A program made the translations under genes and the position numbers. 64,000 nucleotides of DNA, taken from sequence record PP496443.1; one strand, 5' to 3'. Positions 37,872-47,536 of this stretch are shown in pieces (within the stretch, counting starts at the first letter, position 1; the number at the start of each line of letters is the position of its first letter). The notes under the pieces are model-generated. The model ran no database searches, was not told the DNA's origin, and saw only the letters and a program-made list of their open reading frames with translations.

Positions 37872-38372
37872 ATGATCGCCGCACTGCACGTGAGCAAAGA
37901 CGGGACGAATGAGATCCCAAAGGATGATGATGACTTCGGTTTGGTAAATCTTCGGCATAATCACCCGAAGACAGGCCGAAGTGTTGCGTTCACTATCTCA
38001 CGGGATGTGAACTACTTCTGGGTTAACATCCTGCCGTCAAGGCATAACGATCCGGGGTTGATCCCCCGGTTGACCGATTATCTGCGTTGCCGATTGAACG
38101 GAATGCAGACGTACCGCTGGCTATCAGGGTTCAAGATTCACACCTTCGATAGCTACCGCGTCAAGCGGCATGGACCTCTGCGTGCTGATATCGAGTACAC
38201 TTGTTCGGGAACGGGATTGACAGTAGCCAAGCCTTTCTTTGCCAGCACCGGGCGGCTGTTGAACTCTGTGGCAGCTCATGCAATCGCCCGAGGTTACACC
38301 GTGATCGAATTCAGCCGGGACTATGAACTAGACCGGCACTTCGTTCACCTCAACTTGATCGGGGAACTGTAA
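37872..38372 (+). CDS. Hypothetical protein
   Basis: Start moved to ATG 37872. Confidence 0.55.
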   Translation: MIAALHVSKDGTNEIPKDDDDFGLVNLRHNHPKTGRSVAFTISRDVNYFWVNILPSRHNDPGLIPRLTDYLRCRLNGMQTYRWLSGFKIHTFDSYRVKRHGPLRADIEYTCSGTGLTVAKPFFASTGRLLNSVAAHAIARGYTVIEFSRDYELDRHFVHLNLIGEL

Positions 38373-38824
38373 TGGCAGATGAATTGAAACGTGAGATGGT
38401 GCCAGCGTACAAGTTCGATACGCTGGTGGCTCACTCTCAGGCGCAGGAAGAGATGATCGCCAAGCTGACGGCGCGCAACAACCACCTGGAGCTGTACGCC
38501 CGCAATGACGTATGGCATTGGCAGAAGGACGGCGGCAACTTCCTCAAGAGTTTGACGTGCCCCGTGGTGATCGACCCAGCTGAACTGCGAGCCTTCCTGC
38601 TTGAGAACAATCACGCTGCTCGCTTGAAGAATGTAGTGGACCAGTTAGAAGCGTTTCTGGCAGAGGAGAAAATTAAAAGGGAGTACCTTCAGGAACGGTT
38701 GACCCGGATGGCAAATCTGGCCAATACGTTGGTGGAGTCAGGGGCTACGTGTGACCACCCGGACTTCCCAGAGTTGCTGGATGCCATCGAACTAACCCTC
38801 ACTGGAAAGGTAACGCCGGTATGA
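38372..38824 (+). CDS. Hypothetical coiled-coil protein
   Basis: TAATG coupling with previous gene. Confidence 0.6.
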   Translation: MADELKREMVPAYKFDTLVAHSQAQEEMIAKLTARNNHLELYARNDVWHWQKDGGNFLKSLTCPVVIDPAELRAFLLENNHAARLKNVVDQLEAFLAEEKIKREYLQERLTRMANLANTLVESGATCDHPDFPELLDAIELTLTGKVTPV

Positions 38825-39024
38825 GCAATCAAAAGATCTTCGAGGCTGCACAGGAATCTGCAGCTCAGCACCAACGTAACCGTCCGGCGCCAGAATCAAA
38901 GCTGGATCGTGTTCGGCAGGCCATGCACTGGTGGAACGGTCAGACGCCGGATGTGCGTCAGGTGATGCGAGCGCACTCCAATCTGATCACGTCCACTGAT
39001 GTGACCAACTTCTACTGGGGTTAA
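38821..39024 (+). CDS. Small protein ending FYWG, paralogue 1
   Basis: ATGA overlap; WW motif; C-terminal FYWG shared with next gene. Confidence 0.65.
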   Translation: MSNQKIFEAAQESAAQHQRNRPAPESKLDRVRQAMHWWNGQTPDVRQVMRAHSNLITSTDVTNFYWG

Positions 39025-39027
39025 GAT

Positions 39028-39240
39028 ATGGCTACCCTTGCAGAATTGAAAGAGTCAGTTGCCCTACACAAGGCTAAGTGTAAGGATGAACCCCGTAAGA
39101 ATCCGTTGGCTAAGGATGTCCAAGCTAAGATGTGGTGGGGCAGTCTGGATACTCAGACACGCATGGGCATCTGGCTTAACGATGATATCCATATTAAAGG
39201 GACCGATTTCTCCACTATCCAGACATTCTACTGGGGCTAG
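39028..39240 (+). CDS. Small protein ending FYWG, paralogue 2
   Basis: WW motif; C-terminal FYWG. Confidence 0.65.
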   Translation: MATLAELKESVALHKAKCKDEPRKNPLAKDVQAKMWWGSLDTQTRMGIWLNDDIHIKGTDFSTIQTFYWG

Positions 39241-39242
39241 TC

Positions 39243-39635
39243 ATGAACCGGCCTTACTACGTCACCAAGCTTGAAGATGGTGAACCCAAGGAGGTTCACG
39301 TAGTGCCCATGCCGTTGGCTCCCGGCGACCTGGGATTCCGTAAGCAGGTCCACTTCTTCGATGAGTTCAAGCTAGCCAATGCGCCGGGACGTCGTCCAGG
39401 TAGTACGCAATGGTGGCGCCGTCAGATGGAGGATGACTTCCTCTCGTCGGACCGGGACCGTCGGCGTAGTCAGGAGATCTGCAAAGCGGAAGTTACCGAA
39501 CTCCCCACGGTCACCCATGCTGGTCTGTATGAGTTCTTCCTGCATATTAAGTGGGACTACGGATCGCGAGAGTTCAAAGGTGACCGACCTCAATCAACAG
39601 CGACCCTATCGGACTCTTGGGGTCGCAACTACTAA
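39243..39635 (+). CDS. Hypothetical protein
   Basis: Operonic spacing. Confidence 0.6.
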   Translation: MNRPYYVTKLEDGEPKEVHVVPMPLAPGDLGFRKQVHFFDEFKLANAPGRRPGSTQWWRRQMEDDFLSSDRDRRRSQEICKAEVTELPTVTHAGLYEFFLHIKWDYGSREFKGDRPQSTATLSDSWGRNY

Positions 39636-39645
39636 AGGAAGACGT

Positions 39646-40107
39646 ATGACCATCAAGATTGGGGAATTCGAGGTACGATCCAACCAATGGGTGTGCCATC
39701 CAGAGACGTGTAACCACGACAGCCACCCGGCATATATGATCACCTACCGGGGTAAGTCATATCGGAACGCTGACTCGGAAGAAGAGGCCCGGAAGCTCAT
39801 AGAGTCTGACATCGCGAGTGGTGCTGAGAAGGTGTTGGACAGCTTATTCCATAAGGGTGTTCACATCTACCCGCAGGAAGACCTCAAAGGGTTCGTGTGG
39901 GAGTCAGTAGCCCCACCGGAGTCTACTCACCTGAAACCGACTCCACTATCCTTTTACGAGCAGGAGGTGGTTAGTCTGCTGGCGGAGTCGTGGAACAAGT
40001 TCATCTTGCTCCCGGAGGAACATCCCAACGACCGGGAGACTTTCTGCAACCGGATCAATGAACTCCAGAACATGGTCATGTGCCGCCCCGTGCGCCGCAA
40101 CCGATGA
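39646..40107 (+). CDS. Hypothetical protein
   Basis: AAGGA SD before ATG 39646. Confidence 0.6.
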   Translation: MTIKIGEFEVRSNQWVCHPETCNHDSHPAYMITYRGKSYRNADSEEEARKLIESDIASGAEKVLDSLFHKGVHIYPQEDLKGFVWESVAPPESTHLKPTPLSFYEQEVVSLLAESWNKFILLPEEHPNDRETFCNRINELQNMVMCRPVRRNR

Positions 40108-40120
40108 GTAAGGAAGACGT

Positions 40121-40681
40121 ATGAAGATCAGCATCATTGCAGCAATGGGTAAGAACCGCGTCATCGGCAAGGACAACACGCTGCCGTGGCACGTACCCGC
40201 CGACCTGAAACGCTTCAAAGAACTGACCATGGGCAAGCCGGTGGTCATGGGGCGCAACACCTGGGACTCCCTGCCGGACAAGGTACGCCCACTTCCCGGA
40301 CGTCTCAACATCATCCTGTCCAACACCCTCCCAGCGGGAACAGACATCCACGGCACGGTGGTGTGTCCCGACTTTTCAGGTGTACTCCGACACCTACAGG
40401 TACTAAAGGACAAGTATCACTCAATGCAAGTTGACCCTGAGATCCTATATGCGTGGAACCTGTCCGAAGTGTTCATCATCGGTGGTGCTCAGGTATACAG
40501 CCATCTACTGGAATACGATCTGGTGGACAAGATGTACTTGACGTTCGTAGAACAGGACGTGCCGGACGGCGACGCCTTCTTCCCCGAGTTCAACCGGATG
40601 GACTGGCTCGTCACGGAATCCGATGTGGACTATTCTGACCGCACCCTGTTCAAGGTGTTCGAACGCCGGGGCGAGCGATGA
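40121..40681 (+). CDS. folA: Dihydrofolate reductase
   Basis: IAAMGKNRVIGKDNTLPWHVPADLKRFKELTMGKPVVMGRNTW, PLPGRLNIILS, FIIGGAQVY and GDAFFP. Confidence 0.96.
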   Translation: MKISIIAAMGKNRVIGKDNTLPWHVPADLKRFKELTMGKPVVMGRNTWDSLPDKVRPLPGRLNIILSNTLPAGTDIHGTVVCPDFSGVLRHLQVLKDKYHSMQVDPEILYAWNLSEVFIIGGAQVYSHLLEYDLVDKMYLTFVEQDVPDGDAFFPEFNRMDWLVTESDVDYSDRTLFKVFERRGER

Positions 40682-40992
40682 AAAAGGAGATCCTTGACCG
40701 TATTCTGGCACAGACTTCCATGTTCCAGCATTCCCAAGAGATGGATAGGTTGAACGCCACCATCGAGCACAACGATCTGAAGTTCCTGTTCAACTTCAAG
40801 ACCAAGGAACTTCAGGTTGTCAACGCCGACGAACTGGCTACCATCTTCGCCAGCCGTAAGCATTCATGGGTAGTCTTGCACAATTTCCCGGAATACCTGC
40901 GGCTGCTTCGAGACAATAGCAAGTTCGAAACCCTCTGGCCCGTGATCAAGGCTATCCTTGACCGCTACCCACCACCGCCACATAAGAGCTAA
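40678..40992 (+). CDS. Hypothetical protein
   Basis: ATGA overlap. Confidence 0.6.
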   Translation: MKKEILDRILAQTSMFQHSQEMDRLNATIEHNDLKFLFNFKTKELQVVNADELATIFASRKHSWVVLHNFPEYLRLLRDNSKFETLWPVIKAILDRYPPPPHKS

Positions 40993-40996
40993 TCTC

Positions 40997-41596
40997 ATGA
41001 TCAACGACTGGATCATCACTCATTCTGGCAAGCGCTTCGAACTGGCCGACCCCAGGCCGGAGATGGTGTGCATCGAAGACATTGCCATCGCGCTAGCCCG
41101 ACAGACTCGCTTCAATGGGCACTGCGACCGGTTCTATTCCGTGGCTATGCACTCGTACATCATCTCCAACCATCTTCCCAAGCACTTGCGACTGGAAGGT
41201 TTGTTGCATGACGCGGCGGAGGCCTATATCGGTGACATCAGCAGCCCGCTCAAGAAGATCATCAAGGCACATTGGCCGGGGTTCAAGGCATTCGAAACCC
41301 GTATCGAGGAAGTCATCTTCGATGCGTTGGGCGTGCCGTTGACCAATGATCCGATGATAAAGGAATACGATCTACGCATGCTGGCCGTGGAACATCGTGA
41401 CCTGATGCCTAAGACGGAACATGAATGGTCTATGTTGGTGGGTGTTAAACCCTTGTCCGATGTATTCCCTGAAAGGGAATCACTCGACGCGCAGCTAACG
41501 TCTCGATCTATGTACCATCCGGAGGTTATGGCTCCGACTTTTATCAAGACGTTTAACTATCTGAAAGCCAAGGGTTGGCACTTACCTAAAATCTAG
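40997..41596 (+). CDS. HD-domain 5'-deoxynucleotidase (YfbR/YfdR-like)
   Basis: IEDIAIALARQTRFNGH, YSVAMHS and GLLHDAAEAYIGDISSPLK. Confidence 0.85.
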   Translation: MINDWIITHSGKRFELADPRPEMVCIEDIAIALARQTRFNGHCDRFYSVAMHSYIISNHLPKHLRLEGLLHDAAEAYIGDISSPLKKIIKAHWPGFKAFETRIEEVIFDALGVPLTNDPMIKEYDLRMLAVEHRDLMPKTEHEWSMLVGVKPLSDVFPERESLDAQLTSRSMYHPEVMAPTFIKTFNYLKAKGWHLPKI

Positions 41597-41606
41597 GGGA
41601 GCTTCT

Positions 41607-41816
41607 ATGTGGCGCAAGATCCTAGTCGTGATAGGCCTGCTGCTGGTTATGAGCGGGCTTGTCTACGCCAACACCATCTTCGGTGGGGCATCCAGCATCG
41701 GGACCGTGATAGTCTCCCTACTGTTCACCATTGCCGCCGTCTCAGCCATCCTCGTTACGGAAAAGGTATGGATGGATATTGACAAGAGTAAGGATAAGCG
41801 TAATGGGAAAAGCTAA
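41607..41816 (+). CDS. Small two-TM membrane protein
   Basis: GGGGAG SD; two hydrophobic spans; basic tail. Confidence 0.6.
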   Translation: MWRKILVVIGLLLVMSGLVYANTIFGGASSIGTVIVSLLFTIAAVSAILVTEKVWMDIDKSKDKRNGKS

Positions 41817-41997
41817 GTGGATTATCTGTTCGATTGGGGTGCTAGTCGTTTGTCTCATCCTGTACCTTGTCCACGTAAAGGTTGATCTTGACACGAATAG
41901 AGGTCAAGTGGCTAGCTTGTTCTTCCTGATAGCCATAGCCATGACCCTTATCTCCACGTTGAAGTCACTGGAACTGGTTGACGAAATGCGCCGGTAA
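41803..41997 (+). CDS. Small two-TM membrane protein
   Basis: AAGGA SD before ATG 41803. Confidence 0.6.
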   Translation: MGKAKWIICSIGVLVVCLILYLVHVKVDLDTNRGQVASLFFLIAIAMTLISTLKSLELVDEMRR

Positions 41998-42031
41998 ATA
42001 AGCCGTATATGATTCATCTTAGGATAGTGCC

Positions 42032-44497
42032 GTGAACACTCTTCATTCGCTCGAACTCAACAACGTCATCTACATCGAGGAAGCCACGCTCGATCTGGAT
42101 TACGAAGGCATCACTTGGATCACCGGTAAGAACCTGAACGCCAAGCTCAAAGGCCGGAACAACGGTGCGGGCAAATCTCTGCTCGTATCCCCACTGGCCC
42201 AGCTGATGGCTAACAGCCTGCCGACGCAGGAAAAGGGTCAGCGGTCCTCCAAGAACGCCTTTTACCAAAACGGCACCTCGACCGTCCTGACTCAGACCGT
42301 CAAAGGAATCACCTATCGTTCCACGAAGTCCATGGCCAAGAACAAGGTGTCGTGGACCGTGGCGCAGAAGAACAGTGCCGGTAAGTTCGTAGATATGGAA
42401 TTCGCAACCCCAAGCAAGGCGGAAGCTTTCGCGTTGGGGCTTTGTGCGTTGTCCAATGAAGAAGTATTCAGCACTGTATACCTGGATAGTCGTAAGCCCT
42501 TCGTGATGGTCACCGGCACACCGACCGAGCGCTTTAACTACATCTCCAACTTGTTCCGGTTGGAAGACTATGATCGGGTTCGCCAGATGGCACTGGACGA
42601 CTTGGCCGCAGTCAACAAGCAAGAAGTGGAACTGACCACCCTGCGGGAGACGTATGAGGGCACCGTCGTCAACCCTACTGACCTGCGCAAGTGGAAGAAG
42701 CTGCATACCCGCAAGCTGGCGGAAGCGACGGCAGCGCGTGCAGAAGCCGACACCCTGCGCTCCCACGTTGACGCGATAAAGGTGTACCTCAAGTACAAGG
42801 ACGACATCGAACTGCTCGACGTTGACCTGAAAGCGTTGAAGCGCCAGTGGGCCAGTCACACGAAGCAGAAGCGTGCGTACGAAGACTACCAGTCCGTCAT
42901 GGCCGAGGGCAAGACCGCCAAGCGCTCGCTAGAAAAGCTGGAGCGTAAGGAAGGTGAGTTCCTCATTCGTCTGAAGGAACTGTGCAACCGGGTGTCAGTA
43001 CCCTTCTCGTTGAAGGATGACCCGCAGGAGGTCATGAACGCACTGGTCAAGGTGTTGGATACCGCCCACAACCTGATGTGCGATCAGGAAGAGTTGGTCG
43101 GGACGCTGGATGACGAACGGCTGAGGATGGAAGCAGGCTACCTCAAAGTGCAGGACGCCGACAAGGCTCTGCGCATTGCCAAGCGCAAGCTGAAAGGTAA
43201 GCCTACACAGAAAGAGGTGTATGGCGAGCAACGGGTGACAGAGCATCGTATCGTGGAGCTGCGCAAGCATCTCGATGCCCACAACGATGGCAAGTGCACC
43301 ACCTGCGGACACTCGTACCCGGCCCGTAAAGCCAAGAAGGACCTGCGGGTGCTGGAGGATCGACTGGCCGAACTGGATCTGTTGGCACGTCAGCACGACA
43401 AGTACGAAAAGGCGAGCAAGGAACGCGACAAGCTGTACGAAGGTACTGCCAAGCAGTTAGACTCTGAACTGGACAAGTTGGTTGAGAGTCTGGTAGTGGC
43501 TCAGAGTGTGCTGAACAAGATGAAGGATGAGCTGGCCGCTTCCGGCTGGGAATCCTTTGCAGTCGCCGCAGATACAGTCAACGCCGACTGGCAGGATGAC
43601 TGGGAAGACATTGCCAAGGACAAGTCCGCGCTGACCAAGCAGGCACGTGCTGCGCGTAAAGCGACCAAAGTGGAGAAGCCTTCCACGGACCGCAAGCTGA
43701 AAGACACAATGATCCGTGCCGATAAGGTGCAGGATCACGCTGAACTCATTCGCTCTGGTGCGTCAATCGCCCAAGAGTACGAAGTGTCCGGCAAACCAAT
43801 CTCCAGTATCCTGCGTAGTCTTGAGCGCGGCGTCAAACTGGCTGAGAACAAAGTCGCCAGTGCCAGCGTCAACGCGGGTAAATACGAAACGAAAGTGATG
43901 GAAGGTCAGCGCACCATCCGTCAGCTCGCCAAGGTCAAGCACCGCATCCGTGAACTCCGTGAGAACGTGAAGTTCAAGCGTAGTTATGAAGCAGTGGCAG
44001 ATGCCTATGGCAAGAATGGGGTGAAGATGTCCCACGTGGATATCCTCTGCCAACGTATCAGTTCCAATCTGAACAAGTACTCCCATCTGTTGTTCCCGGA
44101 GAAATTCGAGTTCCAGATCGTGGTTGCTCCTAACACCTTCGACGTATTGGTCAAGCGCCCTACAGGTGAGGGACCAGCCAAGGTGTCGGACGCACTGCAC
44201 TTATCCGGGTCGGAAGGTCGTTCGTTCCAGCTGCTATGGCTTATCTCCGTGTTGCCGTTCCTGCCCGCCGAGCGTAGGTACAACGTAGCCATCCTCGACG
44301 AGATGGAAGCGACCATGGATGAACCGAGCCGAGAGCTGATGATCCGTGACTTCCTGCCGGTGTTGAACAAGATAATTCCGCACATCGTCTTCATTAGCCC
44401 CAACTCTGACAACACACCGGGTCACAACTATCGTCATCTGGAAGTGGTCAAGAAGGGTAAAACTTCCACCGTACACCTTATTAACGAGGTAGCCTGA
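42032..44497 (+). CDS. sbcC: SbcC/Rad50-like SMC ATPase
   Basis: Walker A NNGAGKS, coiled coils, zinc hook CTTC, signature LSGSEG and Walker B ILDE. Confidence 0.9.
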   Translation: MNTLHSLELNNVIYIEEATLDLDYEGITWITGKNLNAKLKGRNNGAGKSLLVSPLAQLMANSLPTQEKGQRSSKNAFYQNGTSTVLTQTVKGITYRSTKSMAKNKVSWTVAQKNSAGKFVDMEFATPSKAEAFALGLCALSNEEVFSTVYLDSRKPFVMVTGTPTERFNYISNLFRLEDYDRVRQMALDDLAAVNKQEVELTTLRETYEGTVVNPTDLRKWKKLHTRKLAEATAARAEADTLRSHVDAIKVYLKYKDDIELLDVDLKALKRQWASHTKQKRAYEDYQSVMAEGKTAKRSLEKLERKEGEFLIRLKELCNRVSVPFSLKDDPQEVMNALVKVLDTAHNLMCDQEELVGTLDDERLRMEAGYLKVQDADKALRIAKRKLKGKPTQKEVYGEQRVTEHRIVELRKHLDAHNDGKCTTCGHSYPARKAKKDLRVLEDRLAELDLLARQHDKYEKASKERDKLYEGTAKQLDSELDKLVESLVVAQSVLNKMKDELAASGWESFAVAADTVNADWQDDWEDIAKDKSALTKQARAARKATKVEKPSTDRKLKDTMIRADKVQDHAELIRSGASIAQEYEVSGKPISSILRSLERGVKLAENKVASASVNAGKYETKVMEGQRTIRQLAKVKHRIRELRENVKFKRSYEAVADAYGKNGVKMSHVDILCQRISSNLNKYSHLLFPEKFEFQIVVAPNTFDVLVKRPTGEGPAKVSDALHLSGSEGRSFQLLWLISVLPFLPAERRYNVAILDEMEATMDEPSRELMIRDFLPVLNKIIPHIVFISPNSDNTPGHNYRHLEVVKKGKTSTVHLINEVA

Positions 44498-44498
44498 T

Positions 44499-44795
44499 AT
44501 GGCCCACCCCAAAGCAACAAAACCTGATCCACGGTTAGTGGATGATCTGGCGGCACACATGATTGCGTTCTCACGGGAGCAAAAGAACCCGGTGCGATTG
44601 GTCGGCAACCTTCACGGACGTAACTTCGTGTGGACACCGGGTGGCACCCTGTTCTGGCTACAGACCCCCGGAGCTACTATGCCGCGAGGGGAGTCCAAGC
44701 TGATCGTGGATGGGGATACACTAGACGGCGGTATGCGTATGAAGGTCTGTAAGGACGGGCACGCCACCGTGAATCAGGAGCCTCCTCATGGCTAG
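44499..44795 (+). CDS. Hypothetical protein
   Basis: GAGGT SD. Confidence 0.55.
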   Translation: MAHPKATKPDPRLVDDLAAHMIAFSREQKNPVRLVGNLHGRNFVWTPGGTLFWLQTPGATMPRGESKLIVDGDTLDGGMRMKVCKDGHATVNQEPPHG

Positions 44796-44964
44796 ACATC
44801 GCGGTCGTGCACAACCTGAACCCCGGCGTCCGGCGTCCCCCAAGATGAGTGAACTGCTCACCTTGAGCTATGCACGTCCGGGCAACATCACCCTCATCTG
44901 TCGCTTCCGTGAGATCTTCGGCATGAACTACAAGGAGGTCAAAGATGACCAACGCAAACGTTGA
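44788..44964 (+). CDS. Small basic hypothetical protein (58 aa, not in ORF track)
   Basis: AGGAG SD; overlaps both neighbours by a few codons. Confidence 0.4.
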   Translation: MARHRGRAQPEPRRPASPKMSELLTLSYARPGNITLICRFREIFGMNYKEVKDDQRKR

Positions 44965-45388
44965 AGCTCCAGACGGGTGCGGTGTCCTCCTTTTGGATGT
45001 CACCAGTCCAGACTTCGTCAAGTTTATGAGCTGCGGCCTGCGCTTCCTGCGTGAAGCCCGCCAGATCACATTCCCCACCCAAAAGCTGTGGGACCAGTTC
45101 TGCTTAGGGGAAGGCCGTCCCTTCACTCCGTGGGTGTCGTGGTTGCCGGAACCAATGGCCGAGATTCAGAAACTGGTCACGGGTAAGGTGGTAGCCACTG
45201 GCATCTTCGATACCCGGTCCTTCATCGAGGTACGTAAAGTCCCCGGCCTGAAGGATACCTGGATGCGCGTCATGTACGCTGAGAGCAAAGCCCGGACGTT
45301 CAACAGCCGGATCGAGGCACTGCGTGAATGCGGCACCAAACGGGACGACTGGTGGGATGAGGTTGTTGTCGGCTGGAAGGAGGCGTAA
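44945..45388 (+). CDS. Hypothetical protein
   Basis: AGGAGG SD. Confidence 0.65.
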   Translation: MTNANVEAPDGCGVLLLDVTSPDFVKFMSCGLRFLREARQITFPTQKLWDQFCLGEGRPFTPWVSWLPEPMAEIQKLVTGKVVATGIFDTRSFIEVRKVPGLKDTWMRVMYAESKARTFNSRIEALRECGTKRDDWWDEVVVGWKEA

Positions 45389-45390
45389 CC

Positions 45391-45921
45391 ATGGCTAAGG
45401 GAAAGACTGTCAAGTTCTACTTGGCCACCTCGTACGAGCTGCATGCTTCCGCCGAGTTGTACGTGAATTGGATCGAGAACAACTCGGATACCCAGCTCAA
45501 GAACACAGCGCGCTGGATCTGGGATGAAAACGACACCGACCACGTGGCGCAGAAAGCCAAGATGGACTTCGAGGACATCGACAAGGCAGATGCCCTGATC
45601 GCCTTCTGGCCGTTCGGCAAAGGAACCAGCGCCGAGATTGCCTACGCGTACGCCAAGGGTTTGCAGATCATCATGTACATCCCGGAGGACTTCTACGACG
45701 AAGGGAAGATTGCGTGCATGCCGGTCGGCCTTGGTATCCCGCTGGAATACGCCGAATGGCATACAGGTGACGGTGGGCCGGATGAAAGCTCAGAGCCATG
45801 GGCGTCCGCTCGGTACCACCCCTGCCACTACAGCAAGAAACTTCTACCCACCGAGCCAGTGATCGTCCACAACCTTAAAGGGCTGTCGTTCGCTCTAACG
45901 CTCCTTACCAAGAGACAGTAG
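45391..45921 (+). CDS. Nucleoside 2-deoxyribosyltransferase-family protein
   Basis: FYLA start, DFEDIDKADALIA and GTSAEIAYAYAKG (catalytic Glu pattern). Confidence 0.75.
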   Translation: MAKGKTVKFYLATSYELHASAELYVNWIENNSDTQLKNTARWIWDENDTDHVAQKAKMDFEDIDKADALIAFWPFGKGTSAEIAYAYAKGLQIIMYIPEDFYDEGKIACMPVGLGIPLEYAEWHTGDGGPDESSEPWASARYHPCHYSKKLLPTEPVIVHNLKGLSFALTLLTKRQ

Positions 45922-45923
45922 CC

Positions 45924-46394
45924 ATGACCACCCGAGTCCGGCCACAAGGTACAGACATTCCGTTGTCCATTCGCTTCGGCGTGCGGGCAACCCTCTTGAT
46001 GAACAACGTTGCGGCCGCTCTGGTTAAGTACCGCAACAATGTCGTAGCTCTAGCCTTCGCCGGACTACTCGCGACGTGTACTTACCTTTATCTTGATAAC
46101 AGCTGCATGCGCCGCTGGGAAGGTGTACCGGTACAGACCCGCTGGGCATGGGGTGAGTGCCAAGTAAAGGTAGATGAGCTGTGGCGTGAAGAAGGGTTCG
46201 CCGTCAACTACCTGAAAAGCAAGTTTGCACGGGACGGATTCTTCATCCTGTCCAGTAGTGCCATCTACTCCGAGGAATTTCAAGAGCTGGATGTGCACAG
46301 CCGGGGAAAACACCTGGCACCCGATGTAACCCCGGAACACTCACCTACCGATAAACCCGCAAAGGAACAACCCCATGCTTCTTCAAAACATTGA
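45924..46394 (+). CDS. Hypothetical membrane-anchored protein
   Basis: Hydrophobic span VVALAFAGLLATCTYLYL. Confidence 0.55.
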   Translation: MTTRVRPQGTDIPLSIRFGVRATLLMNNVAAALVKYRNNVVALAFAGLLATCTYLYLDNSCMRRWEGVPVQTRWAWGECQVKVDELWREEGFAVNYLKSKFARDGFFILSSSAIYSEEFQELDVHSRGKHLAPDVTPEHSPTDKPAKEQPHASSKH

Positions 46395-47463
46395 TAGCAT
46401 TCACGAACAGATGGGCGAGACTGCTGAATCTCGCGTTCAACACCTGATCACAATGCTGACCATGCAGAATGCCAACAACGACATCCAGCACAATCCGCTC
46501 TGGGCGCACTTCGATAACTCGGTTCGTGCTGACTATCGCATGGCTCTGATAGAACTGGGTGAAGTGTGGGATCACCTGCCATCCGGTCAATGGTGGAAGA
46601 AAGGCGACCAGACCGAAGCATTCCTCGACCTGGAACAACGGGATCAAGCGGCGCTGGAGATCGTGGATGCGATGCACTTCGCTCTGAGCCACACCCTCCG
46701 CAACTACATCGACGATCCAGACCATACTGTGATGTCCGAGATCATTCCCGACATCGCCTCGTTGATCGCGAGCGTCAGCATGCAGTCGTCGGTCGTATAC
46801 GAAGACTTCCTGCGCGGTGACTTCACCGTTGAGCAGATCATGGGTGAGTTCAACTCTCTGATCGACACGGCCATCATCAACTCCAACTTCGAGGTGTTCC
46901 CGCTGGACTCGGCTACCGTGCCGTCCAACCTGCTGAGTACTGGCCCGCACCAGAGCTTCACCAACTTCTGGTCGAGCGTGTTCCTCGCACTGCATCTGCT
47001 GGACTACAGCTTCGAGCAGGTCGTCGCGCTGTACGTCACCAAGAACCGGCTCAACACCTTCCGCGTTAAAAACGGTTACACCAAGAAGGCCGGTGAAGAC
47101 CGTTATATCAAGTTGGCGTATGATGGCGGTTCTGATACCGTCCCAGTCGAAGACAACCATCACGTCCCGGCCATGGCCCGTTCGGCAGCAGAGGCTACTG
47201 CACTGCGCGGCAGCGACTTGACGATGGAGATCGACAACGCCATCATTGCGATGTACCGTAACCGTCTGGCGCAGGTGTGGGGCGTGATCGATGCTATCTC
47301 TAGTCGCTCAATTGCTGCGACTCAGGATGCCTTCCCCGCTCATTGGCTGTTGCCAGTCGGTGGCTGGAGCCTGGTTAGCACCAACGAAGGCTTGGCGTAT
47401 CACAACACTGATACGGAAGAGACTGTGTTGTACCAAGGCGTGCATCCGCACTTCGCCAAATAA
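46375..47463 (+). CDS. dut: Dimeric (all-alpha) dUTPase/dCTPase-family protein with C-terminal extension
   Basis: ELGEVWDH..WWKK, EIVDAMHF and LYVTKNRLNTFRVKNGY. Confidence 0.8.
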   Translation: MLLQNIDSIHEQMGETAESRVQHLITMLTMQNANNDIQHNPLWAHFDNSVRADYRMALIELGEVWDHLPSGQWWKKGDQTEAFLDLEQRDQAALEIVDAMHFALSHTLRNYIDDPDHTVMSEIIPDIASLIASVSMQSSVVYEDFLRGDFTVEQIMGEFNSLIDTAIINSNFEVFPLDSATVPSNLLSTGPHQSFTNFWSSVFLALHLLDYSFEQVVALYVTKNRLNTFRVKNGYTKKAGEDRYIKLAYDGGSDTVPVEDNHHVPAMARSAAEATALRGSDLTMEIDNAIIAMYRNRLAQVWGVIDAISSRSIAATQDAFPAHWLLPVGGWSLVSTNEGLAYHNTDTEETVLYQGVHPHFAK

Positions 47464-47489
47464 GCTCTGATCCACCGAAGCGGCAAAGG

Positions 47490-47536
47490 AACCCCGTGTA
47501 AAACTATCTGTCAAATGGTAGTTGCACGGGGTTTTT
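47490..47536 (+). terminator. Large-loop inverted repeat with T-tract overlapping promoter P2
   Basis: AACCCCGTG (47490) pairs with CACGGGGTT (47525), followed by TTTT. Confidence 0.5.

Noticed and set aside
39635-40124. Identical 15-mer AAGGAAGACGTATGA at two gene starts
   Set aside because: It is mostly SD plus start codon and occurs only twice, so it is likely a local duplication with no further evidence of function
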